A stretch of 64,000 nt of DNA from Flectonema sp. DT1601 (taxonomy: Eukaryota), in contig OZ025783.1 of the NCBI GenBank assembly GCA_964019425.1, positions 372,001-436,000 on the forward strand. Reading direction: 5' to 3'. The position numbers and the translations under genes were made by a program. A model generated the notes under the pieces. That model saw nothing but the letters and a program-made list of their open reading frames with translations. It ran no database searches and was not told where the DNA came from. The stretch's first letter is position 1; each line of letters opens with the position of its first letter. Shown in pieces: positions 58,262 through 64,000 of the stretch.

Positions 58262-58357
58262 ATTCAGATTAGCCTTTTATTTCGTTGAACGCAAGCAAGT
58301 AAGAAACGATGGCTTTTAAATCTGAAGAGGTTCTTCACTGACTGTATTTGGTATAAA
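58262..58357. repeat. Structured dispersed element, copy 2
   Basis: Shares stems and tail with 28898-29012. Confidence 0.7.
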
Positions 58358-58587
58358 TATTAAAACTAAAATTGAACCCTCACCCAAAGACATGTTGGAA
58401 GTATGACTTTAAATGTACAACAGATCTGTGTACACAACAATAAATAAATAAAAGGAAAGAAACAAACAGACGAGAGTTCAACAAACATACGTAAGCAGAC
58501 ATGTAGTGATAATGTCCCTATTGACAACAATCAACGATAACAAAAAACAGTCAGGCAATGGAGAGGGGAAGGGGGAAGAGTCTCACC

Positions 58588-58817
58588 TTACGCGGCGACT
58601 TGCTTACGAAGGAGAGCTGTTTTCTCATCCTCATCCTCATCCTCATCCTCATGATGGTTAAATGAGAGATTAGAACTTTGATCGTCCGTTGGACATTTTT
58701 TTGATTTATTTCTTTGAAATTCACCAATTAGCCAGTACGAAGTGTTTGCAGCTACGATTGTTATGAATATTCCTGTTTTTTTTTTTTTTTTTTTTTTTTT
58801 TTCCCCCCTCCAAAAAA

Positions 58818-58848
<31 letters not shown>

Positions 58849-59220
58849 CAATCACACACCTGTATTCATACTCATCAATATCAACATACATATTCCACTC
58901 ATCGAGTAGAATAACATCATTCCGATTCCTCTCACAATGATCGGTAATCCTTTCCTCTTTGTCATCGTGTCTCTCAATAGACTCGAACAGAAACACAACA
59001 AAAAAGTCAACACAATTACGAATGAATACATAGAAGGACTGCTCACTACCCAATCATCAAACAATAAGGTCACGTCATAGCCTCCGTAAAACGACATGTT
59101 TGAGGAATTGTCTGAAGTACAATGGTGGGTTTTAGTATCAAATGGCAAAAATACGTTTTGTGTCTCAGAATGACACAATATTGGTAGCATGTGAATCTCA
59201 CATTTTGTGTCTTCTGACAA
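58588..59220 (-). CDS. Ctr-family copper transporter (exons 59220-58860, 58772-58588; ~181 aa)
   Basis: MSFYGG..TLLFDDW and MxxxM motif MLILMSMNTGIF completed across intron 58773-58859. Confidence 0.85.
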
Positions 59221-59307
59221 AGAAAGGATGTAAAATTATGATTTTCATTACTTTTCTCACAAAAGAGAAAAAAAAAGGAACTGGAAAGTACCGAATATTT
59301 ATATTTC

Positions 59308-60795
59308 TCAACGAGCAGCCAATCCCAACATCATTACCGTAAACACATCGCAGTTTATTTTATCATCGTTTTGATTATTTTGTTTTAGAATCCCACTAAT
59401 AGTATTCGACGTAATTGGTATCCCAAACTGCTCAAGAGAACAATACATAATTTCCAACTCTGATATAGACAGATAACCAGACTTATCAATGTCGTAAGCA
59501 TCGAATAATTTTTTAATATAAGATGGTGTAAGATGATCTGAGGTTGGGTCGTAGTTCGACCAACCTTGAATTGTAGATACTAATTTAGAACGAGCCTCGC
59601 ATATTGTCAAATCACAGTTAGATTGTCTTTTTGGTATAATTTTATTTTTCGTATCGGCAATGTAGTTTTCTTCATCAGTTTCAATATTTCGATTTTTATA
59701 TTCCAAAATTGAATTTTTACATCTCTGAAGATGATCACTCCAAACAGAAACATTGCAATCATACGACTTGATTAGGATTTGAAGAGGTTTCATACTATTT
59801 ATTTGTGACAGGTAATCACACGCAGCAACCACCCATCTGTATAAGGAGGTTAATATTTCTGTTGATGCAGTTCGTGCAAACCTTTCAGTAAGACGTTTTG
59901 CTAATCGAAGTAGAAGAGTTGATTTTTTTTCATTCCAAACTAAGTTTGTAATGTCATATAACTTTTGTGAAAATGATATCCCGTCAGCAGAGAAGACGCT
60001 GTTTGCGACCATCGGCCAGTCCGGAACATCATCATCGGTGGCATTCATCCCTGGAGACAAGGCTAGAAAAACAGATACACACAACAGCTCTAACAACAAA
60101 GGAGGTTCTGATGTTTTTACAGCAACAGCAACCATCGAAAAATCGAATTCCGAATCTATTCCATTACAACCCTTTAAAGTAGAAATCGCATCTCTGAGAT
60201 TGGATACGGTCTGATCAAGTTTTCTTTTTTCGAACACCAAATTGTAATGAGCGTTTTCATGTTCGGTTTCTAAAAGTCTCGGAATTGATTCTAATTCAGT
60301 TAGTTGCGAGCAGGTACATTTATAACATTTTGATGTTATGTCTTTCCATACTCGCGGACACGTTATCGAAATCAACGATTCAATCGTTTTTACTATTCTC
60401 GTAAAATACGGAAGCTTTAAAAATATCATAGTTTCTTGCTGAATGAAACCCTTATACCTTCCTGCATTGGGCATGTCGTACTGCTTTGTTAATAGTTTTA
60501 CTATTCGGAGCTGTCTGTTGCTGGGTATACTTTCCCAAACAACCGATGAGCAAGTTTTAAGAATTTGTAAAGGATGAGCATACAATGCTTTGAGTGTTGT
60601 CATACCAACACTTTCACTGTTTAAATTTAACAATGCACCTAATACTTCTACTGTCTTGTGTAATACGTCAGGAAGATGAGAACATCGTAATTTAAATGAA
60701 ATTATCGTTTCAGTAGTTGGAATCGGTTCTGACGGAAGTGGAAGCATTTCACTGATCTCAGTGCGAGCGCTCTCCACTTCCAACTCTCCTGACAT
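59308..60795 (-). CDS. Hypothetical protein with dynein-stalk-like segment and C-terminal EF-hand
   Basis: SLYRWVVAACDY..I.SMKPL is stalk-like; EF-hand FDAYDIDKSGYLSISELE. Confidence 0.7.
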   Translation of the reverse strand: MSGELEVESARTEISEMLPLPSEPIPTTETIISFKLRCSHLPDVLHKTVEVLGALLNLNSESVGMTTLKALYAHPLQILKTCSSVVWESIPSNRQLRIVKLLTKQYDMPNAGRYKGFIQQETMIFLKLPYFTRIVKTIESLISITCPRVWKDITSKCYKCTCSQLTELESIPRLLETEHENAHYNLVFEKRKLDQTVSNLRDAISTLKGCNGIDSEFDFSMVAVAVKTSEPPLLLELLCVSVFLALSPGMNATDDDVPDWPMVANSVFSADGISFSQKLYDITNLVWNEKKSTLLLRLAKRLTERFARTASTEILTSLYRWVVAACDYLSQINSMKPLQILIKSYDCNVSVWSDHLQRCKNSILEYKNRNIETDEENYIADTKNKIIPKRQSNCDLTICEARSKLVSTIQGWSNYDPTSDHLTPSYIKKLFDAYDIDKSGYLSISELEIMYCSLEQFGIPITSNTISGILKQNNQNDDKINCDVFTVMMLGLAAR

Positions 60796-61278
60796 TATGA
60801 ACTTGTAAAAATGAATAAAGTATAACTACTACGCGGTGATACTTCTACAAATGTAGAAAACAGAAAATGAGTAGTAATAAGTATTTGATACAATTCTTAA
60901 GGTCTAACAAAACCCAAAGTGAGAATCATGTATAAGCCTGTATGCGAAACAAAATAAAATAAAAAAAACACTATAAACATTTTCAGTTTTTTTTTTTTTT
61001 TTTTTTCGAACACATCAAACCACACGCTCTATCAGAGCATGTCAAGAACTAAAACGTAACATTCAAAGGTAAAAAAAAAAAAAAAACCTAACACTTTTTT
61101 TTTAATGAAAATAAGCATTTTCTTATTTAGCATTGCCAGTATTAATGAAGGCAAAGCAGAGCAGTAGTGAGATACTCACAGTGTCGATACAGGCAGGTAT
61201 TCAACTTAAATACATGTCACGTAACTCAGGGCTGCTGTTCGTAAAACGGATATCAAACAACTGATGGTTTAATCCGAC

Positions 61279-62295
61279 TTAACGACCTTCAGTATGGACT
61301 GGGAAGTTTAATTGTGTGAGGGTCTGCTCACCTCCCATACTTTTCGGAGTTGTTCCCTGTTTTGTTTTTGGTTCGTTTTGAATTTTCTTTTTTTTTTTGT
61401 GTCTTGACACTACACAATAACACACCTTACTTGATTTTACTACTCCATCTCTGCTGAGTAAACCAACGACGCAAATCTTTCCGTTGATGCGCCTGCCGTC
61501 GATGGCTATTTCAGCTTTTTGCATTTCTTTCTGAGATGACATTAGAACTTGACAACATCCGTAGTGACATCCGTTGAGATCGTTTGTTGCGAACCTAACT
61601 TCTCTAACAGTTCCGTGTTCAGAGAAAAGTTGAGTAATTTGATCTGCAGTAGTCCAATAAGGGAGATTATCAACCAGGAGTGGCATCACCCATTTCTCTT
61701 GTCCAAGCATCATGTTTAACTCTGCTAGTTCTTGAGCGCAGTATGTCGGTGCATCAGGATTCTTAAATCCAGTGAAGTAGATTTTCGCATGACTCAAAGC
61801 AGCAGCCTGTAGTAAGTATTCTCTAGTAGTGAATGAGACTTCATACTCTGTGACTCCAGCAGCTGATTGTAATGTCTCGACTTTGATAGTTCCATACCCA
61901 GCAAAGAGAGTTGGGATTAGTTCGACAGGAATCATTTGTGTTCTAACGTATAGAGTTCTGGTGTCTTCAGTAGGTCTTAAACTAAACATGTGCCCATCAA
62001 TAGCTCTTTGTCTTTGTTCAAGTGTCACTTGTGGTGATAATACTGCTGGAGTGTAGCAAGCGATCATCATTGCTTGTTCGGTGGTGATTCCTATCTTTTT
62101 AGCGATAAAAAAGACAAGTCTGATTCTCTTTCTGCAAGACTCTTCCAACACACCATGAAATGGAGTACACCAAACTGGTTTTAAATAAAAAGACAACAGA
62201 GGTTCGACAAGTCCTATCTTTCTAGCATCTCTAAAAATAGCAAGTTCCCTCCGTGCAACACGAAGTGCATCGGGGGTTGGGGTGGCAGCACTCAT
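61279..62295 (-). CDS. RRM RNA-binding protein (probable in-frame intron 61357-61425)
   Basis: LLVDNLPYWTTADQITQLFSEHGTVREVRF...GCCQVLM RRM; AAG|GTGTGT...AAACAG intron. Confidence 0.8.
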   Translation of the reverse strand: MSAATPTPDALRVARRELAIFRDARKIGLVEPLLSFYLKPVWCTPFHGVLEESCRKRIRLVFFIAKKIGITTEQAMMIACYTPAVLSPQVTLEQRQRAIDGHMFSLRPTEDTRTLYVRTQMIPVELIPTLFAGYGTIKVETLQSAAGVTEYEVSFTTREYLLQAAALSHAKIYFTGFKNPDAPTYCAQELAELNMMLGQEKWVMPLLVDNLPYWTTADQITQLFSEHGTVREVRFATNDLNGCHYGCCQVLMSSQKEMQKAEIAIDGRRINGKICVVGLLSRDGVVKSSKVCYCVVSRHKKKKKIQNEPKTKQGTTPKSMGGEQTLTQLNFPVHTEGR

Positions 62296-62541
62296 TTTGT
62301 GCAATCTGTGTTACGAAATGTTACTACAAAAAGGTTTTTATATTCCGAGATGGATTTTTTTTTTTTTTTTCCGACTGACATACGATTGCTGATAGCTTTG
62401 ATTGACCTTTCTTCATCTTCAGTTCTATCATTTTAGTTTTTTTTTTTTTTTTTTAAACTTTTCTTTTTTTTTTTTTTTTTTTTTCTTTTGTAATTGTTTC
62501 TTCATTGTTTCCTTTATTTTTTTATTTATTTTCGACTACTT

Positions 62542-63342
62542 CTACTCGTCTGCTTCCTCGACTGGAGCTGGGGCGGTGTCAACAACGATTGGCTTTTGGC
62601 CTTCAGAAGATTTTGGTACGCTGTCTTTACCTCCGTGCATTTCCAAAAGACGGGTAGGGTCGAATTTAGGAGCCTTGCAAACCTTTACCTTTCTGATAAA
62701 TACGTCTCTCAATGGGAAGATTCCTCCACATTCCTTCTTGATGGCGGCGGCCATTGACTCGTTTTGGAGAAGCTTAATAACTTTTTCCAACGGAGTTTTG
62801 TGGACATTAGCGGTGATAACAGCGGCCATCTTTCCACGGACCTTCTTAACGTGGGAGCTCTGGCAGTGGCAGTTCTTCTTCACCTGAACACTGGATTTTT
62901 TGGTGGTGAAGGCGATAGCGAAAATACGAAGAGTGTAACCGTCAGAGGTCTTTACTTCAGCCTGTCCTTCAATCAAAGTACACCACTTCTGCAACAACGA
63001 ACGCAACTTGTCAGTTGTTAGAGACATTCCGTGGAAGTTGGTGAGAACGTTACGGCCCTCAACATCGTCTCCCTTCAATTGGAACTTGAGGCACTTGTGA
63101 AGTGCGTCATCTCCCTCCATGGCGTCAGCCAAGCAAACTTCAAAAACTCTTCCCTTCAAACTGTCTGCTGCGTGGTAGGTACCCTTCGACTTGTTTGCGA
63201 TAGTCTTAGCGATCTGTCTCTTGTTAAAGGTCTGTGGAGCAATAACATCGTACCATTCCTTACCGAGCATGGTGTCTCCAAGCTTTCTCTTGGTAGATCT
63301 CTTTCCACCCTTTGACAATCTCTTGTTCTTACCGACAGCCAT
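62542..63342 (-). CDS. RPS3A: 40S ribosomal protein S3a (eS1)
   Basis: MAVGKNKRLSKGGK, KEWYDVIAP, LKGRVFEVCLAD, LTNFHGMSLTTDKLRSL and IFPLRDVFIRKVKV. Confidence 0.98.
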   Translation of the reverse strand: MAVGKNKRLSKGGKRSTKRKLGDTMLGKEWYDVIAPQTFNKRQIAKTIANKSKGTYHAADSLKGRVFEVCLADAMEGDDALHKCLKFQLKGDDVEGRNVLTNFHGMSLTTDKLRSLLQKWCTLIEGQAEVKTSDGYTLRIFAIAFTTKKSSVQVKKNCHCQSSHVKKVRGKMAAVITANVHKTPLEKVIKLLQNESMAAAIKKECGGIFPLRDVFIRKVKVCKAPKFDPTRLLEMHGGKDSVPKSSEGQKPIVVDTAPAPVEEADE

Positions 63343-63777
63343 TTTATAAAGTTATTTAAATAGATAGAAACTGTTGAGAATGAAAATGAATTCAAATCAA
63401 AAAACAAAAAGAAAATCTAAACCACCACGACCACCAACCTACTTGGAGGAGGATACCATCATATGAAATAAACCTGAAAAAAACACATAAATAATATTAT
63501 TACTCTCACTCGTCACTCTAACCTGTTTATACCACGAGATGAATAGATAACTTCATTCACCAAAAGGATGATATCCAAATCGATAGGTGAGTACAAGTAC
63601 CCAATTATAAGAAAACAATCATCACTTTGAAAGAGAGGATGAGTGAGACTGACAACAGATACAGTCATCGGTTGAAGGAAGAACAAAAAGAAAAAAAGAA
63701 GAAGGGGAAAAAAAAAATGCAGTTTACTTTTCTTAAAAGGAAAGAACTGCCAGAATAAAACTGTGAAATTTATTTTA

Positions 63778-63946
63778 GAGAAAACCCTATAATTCCACGC
63801 AAATGTTACCGAAATATCTGATCTCAACTTCCTCAAGTTTCCGAAACGTACAGCTCCGTAAACTATTTTGTGTGGAGCTGTCCATTTCGGAAACTTTTGT
63901 GTTGAGATCGGACATTTCAGAAATTTGTGGAATTATAGGTTTTCCC
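63778..63946. repeat. ~170-bp long imperfect palindrome (foldback/MITE-like)
   Basis: Nested arms AAAACCCTATAATTCCAC/GTGGAATTATAGGTTTT, GATCTCAAC/GTTGAGATC, AAGTTTCCGAAA/TTTCGGAAACTT and ACAGCTCC/GGAGCTGT. Confidence 0.9.
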
Positions 63947-64000
63947 TTTCATTTTATTTTATTATTGAAACTGGCTAAATAGAAATGGCAACAAGCGATA

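Overview
AT-rich eukaryotic nuclear DNA, most likely a euglenozoan and probably a diplonemid. This is inferred from a euglenozoan-type 18S rRNA fragment, about 30 genes all on the minus strand, many short GT-AG cis introns and a degenerate receptor-type cyclase. Recognisable genes: actin-related protein, RIO1, Ldh_2/HcxB-like dehydrogenase (PTS1), PA28-like proteasome activator, SKP1-like, PB1/UBA protein, PPP phosphatase (PTS1), EXO1, four tandem MPO1/DUF962 copies, Ctr copper transporter and RPS3a. Several listed ORFs join across introns, and one 64-aa gene is missing from the ORF track. The top observation is three intergenic, sense-strand sequences (24494-24560, 38408-38475, 44727-44802) carrying a hammerhead-ribozyme core in a non-canonical, pseudoknotted strand order. 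The cleavage strand lies inside what is normally loop II and an extra stem is present. All four stems are kept between two very different sequence variants. Also notable: introns with A-rich rather than pyrimidine-rich 3' ends (often with a complementary 5' U-tract) and several small dispersed hairpin families. All pairings and splice models were derived by eye and are untested.
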